From the NCBI GenBank assembly GCA_963705305.1, contig OY970067.1, positions 5,088,001 to 5,152,000 on the forward strand: a stretch of DNA of 64,000 nucleotides. Reading direction: 5' to 3'. The DNA comes from an uncultured Methylomirabilota bacterium (GTDB lineage: Bacteria; Methylomirabilota; Methylomirabilia; Methylomirabilales; 2-02-FULL-66-22). Shown one piece after another: positions 1 to 12,980 of the stretch (positions are counted from its first letter, which is position 1; each line of letters starts with the position of its first letter). Position numbers and translations under genes: made by a program. Under the pieces are notes generated by a model, which worked only from the letters and a program-made list of their open reading frames with translations, searched no databases and was not told the origin of the DNA.

Positions 1-659
1 ATCGGCTTGATCTTGGAAGTGACCACATCCGGGGGGTCGGCCAGGAAGATGGCGTTGTCGTAGCTCTTGCTCATCTTGCGGCCGTCGGTGCCGGGGATCT
101 TGGCGAATTCGGTGAGCAACGCCTCCGGCTCGACGAACACCGTCCGGTACAGGAAGTTGAACCGGCGGGCCACCTCGCGGGTCAGCTCGACGTGGGGCAC
201 CTGATCCACGCCCACGGGCACGTAGTGCGCCTTGTAGATGAGGATATCCGCCGCCTGGAGCAGCGGGTACCCCAGGAACCCGTACGTCCCCAGGTCCTTG
301 TCGGTGATCTGCTCGCGCTGCTCCTTGTAGGTCGGCACCCGCTCCAGCCAGGCCAGGGGGGTGAACATGGAGAAAAGCAGGTGCAGCTCGGCGTGCTCGG
401 GCAGCCGGGACTGGACGAAGAAGGTGGCTTTGGCGGGATCCAGCCCTGCGGCCAGCCAGTCCAGGACGACCTCGATGGTGTAGGTCTTGATCTGGGAGGG
501 GTCTCCGTAATCCGTCGTCAGGGCGTGCCAGTCTGCGATGAAGAAGAAGCAGTCGTACTGCTCTTGCAGCGCGCGCCAGTTGTCGAGAGCCCCGAACAGG
601 TGCCCGAGGTGCAGCCGTCCAGTGGGACGCATCCCACTCAATACGCGTTTCCTGGTCAT
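1..659 (-). CDS. trpS: Tryptophanyl-tRNA synthetase (3' end runs off the window)
   Basis: Manual translation from ATG at 659: MTRKRVLSGMRPTGRLHLGH (HIGH-like) ... GYPLLQAADIL ... VPVGVDQ ... GRKMSKS. Confidence 0.95.
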   Translation of the reverse strand, partial: MTRKRVLSGMRPTGRLHLGHLFGALDNWRALQEQYDCFFFIADWHALTTDYGDPSQIKTYTIEVVLDWLAAGLDPAKATFFVQSRLPEHAELHLLFSMFTPLAWLERVPTYKEQREQITDKDLGTYGFLGYPLLQAADILIYKAHYVPVGVDQVPHVELTREVARRFNFLYRTVFVEPEALLTEFAKIPGTDGRKMSKSYDNAIFLADPPDVVTSKIKP

Positions 660-820
660 GTGATCTCCATCTACGGAACTGCCGTCGGGCCGCGCCGGCC
701 CGGTTTCTTCGCGCCGCTCGAATGTTCCTGCTTGCTCGTCGACGCGCCCGCGTTCCCTCCCCCGGCCCCCCGCCGGGTGGTCCGACGCGCGGCGCGCAGG
801 ACCCGGCTCTTCCCCCTCCC

Positions 821-1459
821 CTACCCCCACATCCGGAACAGGGCCAGCGTCAGCGACCGCACCGCTCCGCCGAACAGCGGATCCATGACGCCGCTGAAGA
901 ACAGGACGAAGATGATCAGGAAGCCGTACGGCTCGAGCCGGCTGAAGGTGATCGCTTGCCGCAGCGGCAGGAGGCCGGTCACCACCCGGCTGCCGTCCAA
1001 GGGGGGAATGGGAAGGATATTGAAGACGGCTAGCAGGACGTTGACCCAGACGCCGGTCCGCAGCATGACCCGGATCGGGATGATCAACCAAGCCCAGCTG
1101 AAGCCCAGCACCTCCCAGGGAAGCATGCGATAGCAGAACGCGGCGAGAGCGGCCATTAGGAGGTTGCTCAACGGACCGGCCAGGGCGACGGCCATCATGT
1201 CGCGCTGCGGGTTCCGGAAGTGTCTGGCATCGACCGGAACCGGCCGGGCCCAGCCGAACCCTATCAGGACGATGGCGATCGTCCCGATGGGATCGAGGTG
1301 CGCCAGCGGATTCAGGCTCAGGCGCCCCTGCAGCCGGGCCGTGGGGTCCCCCAGGCGGTTGGCCACCCAGCCGTGCGCGTATTCATGAATGGTGAGGGCG
1401 AGGAGGAAGACCGGGATGGTGACGGCGAGTTCCTGGATCTTGGAGGTCAGATCAAACAT
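821..1459 (-). CDS. Site-2 protease family (peptidase M50) membrane metalloprotease
   Basis: HEYAH and NILPIPPLDG motifs, hydrophobic helices, upstream of trpS. Confidence 0.92.
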   Translation of the reverse strand: MFDLTSKIQELAVTIPVFLLALTIHEYAHGWVANRLGDPTARLQGRLSLNPLAHLDPIGTIAIVLIGFGWARPVPVDARHFRNPQRDMMAVALAGPLSNLLMAALAAFCYRMLPWEVLGFSWAWLIIPIRVMLRTGVWVNVLLAVFNILPIPPLDGSRVVTGLLPLRQAITFSRLEPYGFLIIFVLFFSGVMDPLFGGAVRSLTLALFRMWG

Positions 1460-1502
1460 TGCAGCCTTTCTCTTACATCCGGGGTCCTGAGGGGATTAGG
1501 GA

Positions 1503-1531
1503 ACCGTACCCGATCCCTCCCGGTTTGTCAA
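1503..1531 (-). promoter_or_regulatory. Putative sigma70 promoter for the M50-trpS operon
   Basis: Minus strand TTGACA-17 bp-TACGGT. Confidence 0.55.
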
Positions 1532-1731
1532 TCGCAGACTGCCTCGGACGGTCGAAATAGCGGGAACTTAGAGGGTTTTTAGGTTGCGGAAGATGGCATT
1601 TCTTACCACGGGATCCAACCCGCGCGTAACCGGAAACGGCGAGAGCCCCCCGGGGCGTGTGGTCTCCTCGACGCCGGGTCTTGCGGAATGGCGCTTGTGG
1701 ATTCACCCTAACAGACACGCCCAAACGCCTG

Positions 1732-1759
1732 TGGCGCGTTTTGCAAGTAGATTGGCGCG
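1732..1759 (+). promoter_or_regulatory. Putative AraC-type tandem binding site
   Basis: TGGCGCG repeated 21 bp apart (1732, 1753) upstream of the ADH-araC operon. Confidence 0.4.
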
Positions 1760-1849
1760 ATCGGCTAGTGACCGGCAGGGCCTAGCGGCGTAAAGTCGCG
1801 CATGAAAGTTGGGGTCAACGAGGTGAGTCGAGCAAGGAGGAACACGAAC

Positions 1850-2965
1850 ATGAGCGAAGGAACGCAACTGACGGCGGTGCAGGAAGGCAACGTCCCCCAC
1901 GGGACAGGAAGATATTCGGCCAGAGCCTATGCGGCGGGCAGCGCAACGGCGGGCCTCGCACCCTTTTCGATTCCACGGCGAGCGCCCGGGGCCCGCGACG
2001 TGCAAATCGAGATTCTCTACTGCGGCGTGTGCCATTCGGATCTGCACCAGGTGCGCAACGAGTGGCAGAACGCCATGCCGACGGTGTATCCCTGCGTGCC
2101 GGGCCACGAGATCGTCGGGCGCGTGGTGCGAGCCGGCAGCGCGGTGAAGAAGCTCCGCGAGGGCGACCTCGCGGCGGTCGGCTGCATGGTGGACTCGTGC
2201 GGCACGTGCCCCCAGTGCCGGGCGGGCCTCGAGCAATACTGCGAGAGCTTCCCCACGCTCACCTACAACTCTCCCGACACCCATCTTGGCGGGGTCACCC
2301 ACGGTGGGTACTCGGAGAGCATCGTCGTGGACGAGGCCTTCGTGCTGCGGGTCTCCGAGAAACTGGATCTCGCCGCGACGGCGCCGCTCCTGTGCGCAGG
2401 CATCACCACGTACTCCCCGCTGCGGCACTGGAACGTGCGCAAGGGGCAGAAGGTCGGCATCGTGGGGCTGGGCGGACTGGGCCACATGGGCGTGAAGTTC
2501 GCCCACGCGTTCGGCGCCCATGTGGTGCTGTTCACCACGTCGCCGAACAAGACCGTGGATGCCCTGCGGCTCGGCGCGCACGAGGTGGTGGTCTCGAAGG
2601 ACGACGCGGCGATGCGGAAGCACGCCGGGAGCTTCGACTTCATCCTGGACGCGGTGTCCGCCAGGCACAACGTGGGGGCGTATCTGAATCTGCTGAAGCG
2701 GGACGGGACGCTGACGATGGTCGGCGCGCCGCAGGAGCCGCTGCCGGTGGAGGTGTTTAACCTGCTTTTCAACCGCCGCCGGCTTGCCGGCTCCTGCATC
2801 GGGGGCATCCAGGAAACGCAGGAGATGCTCGACTTCTGCACCGAGCACGGCATCGTCTCGGACATCGAGCTGATCCGGATCCAGCAGATCAACGAGGCGT
2901 ATGAGCGGCTGCTCAAGGGAGACGTGAAATACCGCTTTGTCATCGACATGGCCTCGCTGAAGTGA
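1850..2965 (+). CDS. Zn-dependent NAD(P)-dependent alcohol dehydrogenase (cinnamyl-ADH/YahK-like)
   Basis: CGVCHSD, GHEIVG, four-Cys structural Zn site, GLGGLG, KYRFVID; AAGGAGG RBS before ATG 1850. Confidence 0.93.
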   Translation: MSEGTQLTAVQEGNVPHGTGRYSARAYAAGSATAGLAPFSIPRRAPGARDVQIEILYCGVCHSDLHQVRNEWQNAMPTVYPCVPGHEIVGRVVRAGSAVKKLREGDLAAVGCMVDSCGTCPQCRAGLEQYCESFPTLTYNSPDTHLGGVTHGGYSESIVVDEAFVLRVSEKLDLAATAPLLCAGITTYSPLRHWNVRKGQKVGIVGLGGLGHMGVKFAHAFGAHVVLFTTSPNKTVDALRLGAHEVVVSKDDAAMRKHAGSFDFILDAVSARHNVGAYLNLLKRDGTLTMVGAPQEPLPVEVFNLLFNRRRLAGSCIGGIQETQEMLDFCTEHGIVSDIELIRIQQINEAYERLLKGDVKYRFVIDMASLK

Positions 2966-3015
2966 GCCGCGCCGGGAGCCGCCTCTGGCGCTCCCCAGAA
3001 TGTTGGGTTATTCTC

Positions 3016-3175
3016 CTAACAGGGTGCTGAATAGCCCGCTTTTCCCCAGGCTGCTCAAAAAGGTCCAGATGCAAGGCGGTGCGCAAAGGGCCGAGTGAGG
3101 CGTACTTCCGGTACGCCGCAGCGAGTGCCCGAGCGGACCAACGCAGCAGATGGGCCTTTTTCAGCAGCCTGCCAG
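3016..3175 (+). mobile_element. MITE-like element family 1, copy 1
   Basis: CAGGCTGCTCAAAAAGG ... CCTTTTTCAGCAGCCTG inverted ends plus outer CTAACAGG.TGCTGAA end; homologous to 4 other copies. Confidence 0.8.
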
Positions 3176-3182
3176 GTGCGCC

Positions 3183-5716
<2,534 letters not shown>

Positions 5717-5729
5717 AGGAGTCCAGAAA

Positions 5730-6128
5730 ATGGACATCACACGCAGTGGCTCGCAGCCGTCCGGCAAGGGACCGGCCGACTGGTTTACCGGCACCGTCCG
5801 GATCGACCCTTTATTTCAAGTGAAGGCCCCGGCCCGCGTGGCCGGCGCCAGCGTCACGTTCGAGCCCGGCGCCCGGACCGCCTGGCACACCCACCCGCTA
5901 GGCCAGCACCTGATCGTGACCGCGGGCTGCGGCTTGGTCCAGCGCTGGGGCGGCCCGATCGAGGAGATCCGGCCGGGGGACGTGGTCTGGTTCCCGCCGG
6001 GCGAGAAGCACTGGCACGGCGCCACGGCCACCACGGCCATGATGCACATTGCCATTCAGGAGCAGCTCGACGGCAAGACCGTCGATTGGCTGGAGAAGGT
6101 CAGCGACGAACAATACCAGGCCCGATGA
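5730..6128 (+). CDS. Cupin domain protein
   Basis: [10 protein letters not shown] and GEKHWHGA motifs; AAGGAG RBS. Confidence 0.9.
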   Translation: MDITRSGSQPSGKGPADWFTGTVRIDPLFQVKAPARVAGASVTFEPGARTAWHTHPLGQHLIVTAGCGLVQRWGGPIEEIRPGDVVWFPPGEKHWHGATATTAMMHIAIQEQLDGKTVDWLEKVSDEQYQAR

Positions 6129-6207
6129 GTCAACTTGCCCCCTTCGATTGCGCGGCATGAATCTGCGCGCTCCGGATGCCCGGCGTTGCCGAATTCCAGG
6201 CGAGGCA

Positions 6208-6257
6208 TGGCGAGGTGCATTGGCGAGCGCTGACAAAACTTGCAACGCCCCAGATTT
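6208..6257 (+). repeat. Degenerate right end of the 128-bp element (family 2)
   Basis: TTGGCGAGCGCTGACAAAACTTGCAACGCCCC aligns with TTGGCGCAAGCTGACTAAACTTGCAGGGTCCCC at 23049-23081. Confidence 0.6.
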
Positions 6258-6274
6258 TTGCCAGCCAGAGTCAT

Positions 6275-6514
6275 CTAGCGCGGTGCTCAAGAACTCATGT
6301 TGACCCAGGCTGCTCAAAAAAGTCCAGATGTCCCTCGACATCGCTCGGGACCGTGAGCCTGTCGAACGGCAAGGCGGCGTCACCCATCCCTTGGGATGGA
6401 TACCCGCCGCGGGGTACCCACCGGAGGTGGGTCGGAGGCGTACTTACACGTACGCCGCAGCGAGTGCCCGAGCGCACCAACGCCGCAGATGGGCCTTTTT
6501 CAGCAGCCCATTAG
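6275..6514 (+). mobile_element. MITE-like element family 1, copy 3, with nested inserts
   Basis: Same termini; identical 39-bp insert (6331-6369) plus an extra CCATCCCTTGGGATGG hairpin. Confidence 0.8.
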
Positions 6515-6523
6515 GAGGGAGCG

Positions 6524-6811
6524 ATGGCAGCATATTTTATTGTGAACATCGACGTGCAGGATGCGGCTGGATTCGAGGCGTACCGGAAGGCAGTCCCCCC
6601 CACCCTCGCCCAGTACGGCGGGCGGTACCTCGTGCGGGGCGGCTCGCACGAGACCCTGGAGGGCACCTGGCGGCCGACCCGCCTCGTGGTGCTGGAATTC
6701 CCCACCATGGCCGCGGCGCGGCAGTGGTACACATCCGAAGCGTACCAGAAGATCAAGCCCCTCCGCCTCCAGGCTGCCAAGGGCGACATGGTCCTCGTCG
6801 AGGGTGTTTAG
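6524..6811 (+). CDS. DUF1330 domain protein
   Basis: YGGRYLVRGG, LEG.W.P.RLVVLEFP and WY.SEAYQ patterns; AGGAGG RBS. Confidence 0.88.
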   Translation: MAAYFIVNIDVQDAAGFEAYRKAVPPTLAQYGGRYLVRGGSHETLEGTWRPTRLVVLEFPTMAAARQWYTSEAYQKIKPLRLQAAKGDMVLVEGV

Positions 6812-6990
6812 GCAAAGAGGCCGGCCCATTCGCCCCCACGAAGTTGGCGGTGTGAAAGATCATATAGCTTGGTGCGTGGGCCTGGCCGGAAGAACAGGGC
6901 AGCCGGGAGGCAGCAGTTGAGCGGATTGCGATAAATACTCTTTGGGGTGCCGATTTGTACTTGGGGAGGCTGGGTGAAGCGACTCTTTTC

Positions 6991-7020
6991 AAGATATGAC
7001 AGATAATGCAACGTCCCCTA
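6991..7020 (+). repeat. Isolated right end of family-2 element; unoccupied IS110 target match
   Basis: AAGATATGACAGATAATGCAACGTCCCC resembles AAGCTGACTATACTTGCAACGTCCCC (16269-16294). Confidence 0.6.
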
Positions 7021-7876
7021 GACGACGATTTAGATATGGAAAATAACTGGGCCTAGCGGCGGACCCCCCCGTCTCGGACGTAAGCTAGGTGGGAACGGAT
7101 CGAGACCGACCTGCCTGCCTGATGACGCCACCAATCCTCTGCCTCAGCGTTGTACTGGCCTAAGAACAACCGATTCCCCTCCGCCTTGACAAGCATACCT
7201 GCCCTCTTTAGGTTACCCTCGCAATCGTCGGGATTGGGTATCGGGGTCTCATCATGGGGCTCGTCAAGGTGCGGCGCGTGCGGCTACCAGTCTGGCGACG
7301 CGCCGCTTTTCCCACCTCCTTTGGGCCTTCTCACCTCACCTTGGGGGTACCTGACCCTGAGTACGTGTACGCGACAGCCCTGCTCGCCGGTGGGACGGCA
7401 GCAGTTGATACAAGCCAGGTGCACACGGAAAGCGCCTTGCGCCCGCATTGGGCGCTCTCCGTCGAGGTGGGGGGGCCGGTTCACCTCCCGAGATGCTGTG
7501 CCATCCTCGAGCGCTTCCCCCACTCCGCGAAAAAGTTCGGCGATTTCCTTCTGGCCATCTGGATTCCATCGGCCATGCAATCTGGTTTCAAGGCAATTGG
7601 GGGGGAACGACAGGCCGCGGAATCCGTGGGGAGAACGCACCCGCGCCGATGACGGATCCCGGCGAGCGCAGAATAGAGCGGTAGGGGCGACCATTCCGCG
7701 TGTAGCCAGAGCTTCCGGGATAATCGGGGAGGGTGGGCAAGAACAATTGACAAACAACCGCGATCCTCTGTCCTCTTTGGACGATCCCTGCAAGCGCACC
7801 TCGTGTGGCGCGTGGTTGCTGGAGGGTCTTTCTAAGCCTCATGGTGGAAACCGGTATTGTGAAAAGGAGGGCGACC

Positions 7877-9262
7877 ATGTCGGGAGATAGGGGCAAACTT
7901 CCGCGGAAGTCGGCTGCTAAGCCAAGTGGGAGGTCCATCACTCGGCGCGGATTTCTCGCAGGGCTCGCCGGGGCCACCGCAGGCGCCGTGGCCCTCGACT
8001 CTCTTGTCCGGCCCTCGCTGGCACGTGCGGCAGCGCCCGTGAAATCCAGCGAGCCCATCGAATTCATCTATTGGAGTGTTTTCGGCCAGTCCCCGCCATT
8101 CGTCACGGCTTTTGGGGAGGTAGGCACCAAGTTCCTTCGAGCCAATGGGTTTCCGAATGCGACGGTGAAGGCGGAAATCGCGAGCTTCGAAGGGTACGAG
8201 CAGAAGTACCTGAGCGCCTTCGCCAGCGGGAAGGGGCCGGACATCTTCGTCGGAATGGCTCCGGCATGGGGCATGGATGGCGGCCTGAATCCGGTAGCCG
8301 TCCTGCTCCCGCAAGATCTGGCGAAACTATACGACAGCAAGCTGGCGCCTTTCCTTGCCTCGTGGGGCACATACAAAGGCAAGCGGTATGGCTTTGCGGT
8401 GGAAGGGCTCATGCAGATGCTGTACATCAACACCGATCATTTCAAGGAGGCCGGCCTCGACCCCAACAAGGCCCCGCGGACCTCGGAAGAATTCGTCGAG
8501 GCTGCGCAGAAGCTGACGAAGCGTGATGCCTCGGGAAAGATCATCCGATCAGGGTATCACCCGCGCTACCTGGGGCAGGGATTGGGCGTCGCGGACAAGT
8601 TCCTCCCGATTGTCCACATCTTCGGTGGGCGGATGCTCTCTGAGGACATGAAGAAGGCCGACGGGTACATTAACAGTCCGAACTCCATCGCCGCATTCCA
8701 GTTCTATTACGACCTGGTGTACAAGTATAAGGTCGTCAACTTGGACTTCGGCATGCCGGAGCGCGCATTCGAGCAGGGCCTGACCTCCATGGTGTTCCGC
8801 GAAGGGTACCTCGCGGGGGATATTCTGGAGAAGGCGCCGAATATCCATTTCAAGGTCTTCCCCTACATCGTTGCAACGAAAGACTACGCACCGAGTAACC
8901 TGCTCACCTGGGCCAATATGGTCAGCAAGAACTGCAAGCATCAGGATATTGCTTTTGAATTGTTCCGCCTCTTGGCCTGCGTCGAGGCCGATGTGGGCTT
9001 GCATAAACCGGCCCTGTACGAACCGGTCCTGACGGACAGCTACAAGCCGCCGACCAATGAGTACCTCAGGAGCCTGCCGTACGGACAAGCCCTGATGGAG
9101 TCCCTCAAGAAGAAGATCGGACCAGAGTATATCCATCCGAAGCTCGATGCCATTGCGTATGTCGTCGGCGAAGAACTGACCGCCTGCGTGAAAGGAACAG
9201 CGCCGAAGGTCGCTGCGGACCGGGCGGCCAAGCGGATTGAAGAGGCCCTTGCGAGCTTCTAG
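7877..9262 (+). CDS. Carbohydrate ABC transporter substrate-binding protein with Tat signal
   Basis: TRRGFL twin-arginine motif, GKGPDIF and LYINTDHFKEAGLDP SBP patterns; AAAGGAGG RBS. Confidence 0.88.
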   Translation: MSGDRGKLPRKSAAKPSGRSITRRGFLAGLAGATAGAVALDSLVRPSLARAAAPVKSSEPIEFIYWSVFGQSPPFVTAFGEVGTKFLRANGFPNATVKAEIASFEGYEQKYLSAFASGKGPDIFVGMAPAWGMDGGLNPVAVLLPQDLAKLYDSKLAPFLASWGTYKGKRYGFAVEGLMQMLYINTDHFKEAGLDPNKAPRTSEEFVEAAQKLTKRDASGKIIRSGYHPRYLGQGLGVADKFLPIVHIFGGRMLSEDMKKADGYINSPNSIAAFQFYYDLVYKYKVVNLDFGMPERAFEQGLTSMVFREGYLAGDILEKAPNIHFKVFPYIVATKDYAPSNLLTWANMVSKNCKHQDIAFELFRLLACVEADVGLHKPALYEPVLTDSYKPPTNEYLRSLPYGQALMESLKKKIGPEYIHPKLDAIAYVVGEELTACVKGTAPKVAADRAAKRIEEALASF

Positions 9263-9349
9263 CGGTTACAAGCGAATCCGGCCGAGGCGATCCCCCATCC
9301 TGCCTCGGCCGGATTCGTGGAAGTAGCCTTCTGCCTCGGAAGGACAGAA

Positions 9350-10333
9350 ATGTTCAGGACCGATCGGTACTCTAAGTACGGATTTTTCTTCGTCCTTCCA
9401 TCCGTCATTTACTTTGGACTTGTCTTTTTTTACCCTCTCGTCCTCGCCTTCTGGAATTCCTTCCGGAACGTCAACATCATGCTGGGGACAAGCGAGTGGG
9501 TGGGTCTGGACAAATTCAGCAAGGTGGTGCATCACGCTGGCTTTCAAGGCAGCGTGGCCACGACCTTTGTGTATGTGCTGATAGTCGTCCCTGCACTCCT
9601 GGTGTTCTCCCTCGCCTTGTCCGCAATCATCGTTAATTTGCGCGAAAAGGTCTATAGCGATGCTGCCTCGACCATCTTTTTCCTCCCGGTAATCACGTCG
9701 CTCGTAAGCGCGGGCATCATCTGGCAATGGATTTTCGACCCCACCCTGGGGGTGGTGAATAACGTCCTCAGCTCTCTCGGTGTCCACCACCTGCCGAGCT
9801 GGCTCCAGAGTCCGACCCTGGCTCTGCCGACCGTCTCGGTTATTGGCTTCTGGGCGCGGCTCGGCTTCGATGTCGTAATCTTCGTCACCGCCATGAACAG
9901 CGTCCCGGGATCGTACTACGAGGCCGCAAAAATCGACGGCGCGTCCGAGCTTCAACAGTTCCTCCGCATCACTCTCCCGCTTCTCAATCCTCAGATCTTC
10001 ATGGTCTCGACGATTGAATTTATCTTTGCATTCAAGGTGTTTGACCAAATTTTCGTGACAACCCGCGGAGGCCCTTCCGGGGCTACCAAGACGGTGATGG
10101 TGTTCCTCCTGAAGGACGTCTTCAATTATGACTATGGGGCGGCATGCGCCATCACCGTGCTTCTCCTCTGTTTCCTTTTCGCGATTAGCTTCCTGCAGTG
10201 GAAAGTCTTTAGCGCCATGAACGCAACGGAGGGCTCGGTTCAACGGCCACGTGGCAAGAAGGCGAACGTCAGGATTGCTTCGGGACGGACTATTCCAAAT
10301 CGAACCACCATTTCAGGTCGGGTCGATCCGTAA
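9350..10333 (+). CDS. Carbohydrate ABC transporter permease
   Basis: EAA motif YYEAAKIDGAS; multiple TM helices. Confidence 0.9.
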   Translation: MFRTDRYSKYGFFFVLPSVIYFGLVFFYPLVLAFWNSFRNVNIMLGTSEWVGLDKFSKVVHHAGFQGSVATTFVYVLIVVPALLVFSLALSAIIVNLREKVYSDAASTIFFLPVITSLVSAGIIWQWIFDPTLGVVNNVLSSLGVHHLPSWLQSPTLALPTVSVIGFWARLGFDVVIFVTAMNSVPGSYYEAAKIDGASELQQFLRITLPLLNPQIFMVSTIEFIFAFKVFDQIFVTTRGGPSGATKTVMVFLLKDVFNYDYGAACAITVLLLCFLFAISFLQWKVFSAMNATEGSVQRPRGKKANVRIASGRTIPNRTTISGRVDP

Positions 10334-10414
10334 TTCCTGCAGTTGTCAGGGGCTTCTCCTGACAGGCTGCCCGACAGAACATTGGCCCTTCATCAGGCGA
10401 TTGGGAGAGAGACC

Positions 10415-11290
10415 ATGGGAGGCGTCAGGCTCGGGCGGAGACTGCCGTGGCTTGGGAGTCGGATGTTCTTGTTGCTCATGCTGCTGTTTATGCTTCTCCC
10501 ATTTCTGATGATGGTTGTGACTTCATTCAAGAGCGCGCCAGAGATCAACGATGTGGCCAGCCGAGGGCTGCTCCAGCGGACGTTTCCGGACAACTGGCTC
10601 AACTTCGAAAACTACCGGGCGGTTATCACTGGAACGTCCCCCATGCTACATGGCGTGTCCTTCTTGATATTTATCCGGAACTCCCTCATCATCACCCTGG
10701 GCAGTTTGGTCCCGGCCCTCCTGCTCGCCGTCACGGCAGGCTACGGATTCGCCAAATTTACCTTCCCAGGGAAGAATGTCTTTTTCTTTCTGCTGCTCGG
10801 TCTCCTCATGGTCCCCATTGAGTCGATCAGCATTCCCCTCTACCTGGTTGTCGCCCGCCTAGGGCTTGTCGACACGTACCTTGGAATCATGCTGCCCTTC
10901 ATGATATCCGCCTTCGGGATGTTCATGATCAAGCAAGCCGTGGAGGATATCCCCCAGGACTATATTGACGCTGCCAGAGTGGATGGATGCGGGGAATTCT
11001 GGATCCTATTCAACGTCATCCTGCCGATGATCCGCCCCACGGTGGTGACCCTGGTCGTCATCAAGTTCTTGTGGACGTGGAACGAGTACTTCTGGCCCTA
11101 CCTCGTTACGAACGCGGATGAGATGAAACCTATTACTTTGGGGTTGGCCAAATTCACCAATGAGCTTTTTCAAGATTACGGTCCCCTGACAGCCAGCGTT
11201 GTGCTGACGATCATCCCAACCCTCATTATCTTCATTCTCTCTCGGCGGTTCATCGTTCGAAGTATCACGGTCTCCGGACTAAAGGCGTAG
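10415..11290 (+). CDS. Carbohydrate ABC transporter permease
   Basis: IDAARVDGC EAA motif, WNEYFWP. Confidence 0.9.
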   Translation: MGGVRLGRRLPWLGSRMFLLLMLLFMLLPFLMMVVTSFKSAPEINDVASRGLLQRTFPDNWLNFENYRAVITGTSPMLHGVSFLIFIRNSLIITLGSLVPALLLAVTAGYGFAKFTFPGKNVFFFLLLGLLMVPIESISIPLYLVVARLGLVDTYLGIMLPFMISAFGMFMIKQAVEDIPQDYIDAARVDGCGEFWILFNVILPMIRPTVVTLVVIKFLWTWNEYFWPYLVTNADEMKPITLGLAKFTNELFQDYGPLTASVVLTIIPTLIIFILSRRFIVRSITVSGLKA

Positions 11291-11481
11291 CGGACCATGG
11301 AAGTACTTTGTACGAGTCCGCCCGAGTCCCCGCCAGCCTTGGTGTCTACACTGGGGGCTCACGGATCAGCCGTTTCCAGAGTCGCTATTCACGAATCCTC
11401 CCATGATGAAAGGCACCGCTCTTTCTTGAACACGAGACCGTTCCCTTTAGACTCGGCCCCCGATGTTGGACGGAGGCAACA

Positions 11482-12624
11482 ATGAACTGCCGTGAGCGGG
11501 CGTTGGCCGCCCTCAACCACACTGAACCCGACCGCGTTCCCCTCGATTTCGGTGGGCGCCAGACCACATTGCATATGTACGCGCATGAGGCCCTGATGCA
11601 TCATCTCGGCCTCACGGGGCCAAAGCCCACGATCCGGAACTACCACACATATCTGGTCGATCCCGACCCGCAGCTCCTGCAGCGCTTCGAGCGGGTGAGC
11701 ACCTTCTTCCTCCCGAAGCCTCCCTCAGGCTACGTATTCAAAATTGACCCCGCCACAAATTCCTACGTGGATGAATGGGGGACGACCTTTCACATGCCGC
11801 CAAACGGCTATTATTACGACATCGCCGCGGTCCCCCTACCCGATGCAGAGACGGAAGCTGACCTGGAGAAGTACCGCTGGCCGAACCCGACTGACCCGGC
11901 ACGGATCGAAGGGCTGCCCGAAAAGATTGCGGCAGCCTATCAGGCTGGCGAGAAGGTCATCATGATGTGCACACCCACGCAGGGGCTCTGGGAACAGGCA
12001 TGGTACATGTTCGGGCTGGAGCAGGCGTTCATGAACCTGGCCGGCAACCAGCCGCTCATGGAGGCCTTCACCCAGCGGATCATGGAGTGGCAGATGGCTT
12101 TCTGGACCATGGCCCTGAGTCAAGTGGGTGACTACCTCGACGTAGTGCAGATCAATGATGACCTGGGAACCCAGCACGGGCCGATGATGGCCCCCGCCAC
12201 CTTCCGGAAGATCTACAAGCCCCGGCTCCGGCAGCTCGTCGCGGCCATCAAGCAGCGGACCAAGGCCCGCGTGTATCTCCACTCCTGCGGCTCCATCTAC
12301 CGGCTCATCCCCGACCTGATCGAGGTCGGCGTGGACATCCTGAACCCCGTGCAGGTCAACGCGGCCGAGATGGACTCGGCGCGGCTCAAGCGGGAGTTCG
12401 GCAAAGACCTGACCTTCTGGGGCGGCGGCTGCGACCCGGTCGTCATGGGGACGGGGACGGTTGCCCAGGTGGTGGAGGACGTCAAGCGCCGCATCCACGA
12501 CCTGGCGCCCGGCGGCGGGTTCGTCTTCGGCTCGGTGCACAACATCCAGGCCAACGTCCCGCCGGAGAACATCGTGGCCATGTTCGAAGCTGCGCAAGCA
12601 TTTGGCCGATATCCAGTGAGTTAG
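11482..12624 (+). CDS. Uroporphyrinogen decarboxylase/MtaA-CmuA superfamily protein
   Basis: PDRVP, DEWG, DDLGTQ, HSCG, GGGFVF..HNIQ..VPPENI motifs. Confidence 0.85.
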   Translation: MNCRERALAALNHTEPDRVPLDFGGRQTTLHMYAHEALMHHLGLTGPKPTIRNYHTYLVDPDPQLLQRFERVSTFFLPKPPSGYVFKIDPATNSYVDEWGTTFHMPPNGYYYDIAAVPLPDAETEADLEKYRWPNPTDPARIEGLPEKIAAAYQAGEKVIMMCTPTQGLWEQAWYMFGLEQAFMNLAGNQPLMEAFTQRIMEWQMAFWTMALSQVGDYLDVVQINDDLGTQHGPMMAPATFRKIYKPRLRQLVAAIKQRTKARVYLHSCGSIYRLIPDLIEVGVDILNPVQVNAAEMDSARLKREFGKDLTFWGGGCDPVVMGTGTVAQVVEDVKRRIHDLAPGGGFVFGSVHNIQANVPPENIVAMFEAAQAFGRYPVS

Positions 12625-12769
12625 CGCTGACCCGAAAATAGCTCCGGCGACCAGCGCATGCGCAGCCCGTAATAGGGGACCCGGCCGTTTCTGCGCTGTC
12701 AAGGCACATTCCTCCTCGCGATGCCGAGTCCTGAACGCATCTCACACCTGCTGCCTGCCGTCGTTCCCC

Positions 12770-12955
12770 CGGGACCGCTCCCGGATGGTCTCTCACGCCC
12801 CACCGTAGTGGTCGCATCCGGCCTGCTCGCTGCCACCCGAGCGGCCTACCCGGCCTCGTCCGGGCTGCTGAGAGCGGGAGCGGCGCGCCAGGGTCCCCCG
12901 GCGGTCCCACCGGGCCGCCACGTTGCATGAATCGCGCTGCCAGCTCCCCGGGGAA
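12770..12955 (-). ncRNA. Putative IS110 bridge RNA in the 3' non-coding end (boundaries approximate)
   Basis: Two stem-enclosed internal loops: ATGCAACGT + GGGGAC match the target; GGCCGGGT + ACTAC match the circle-junction donor. Confidence 0.8.
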
Positions 12956-12980
12956 GACAGACGCTGTCCCGCCGGCCGGC

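Noticed and set aside
7021..7860. Several 70-250 aa ORFs upstream of the ABC operon
   Set aside because: No recognisable motifs or RBS; probably non-coding or decayed sequence
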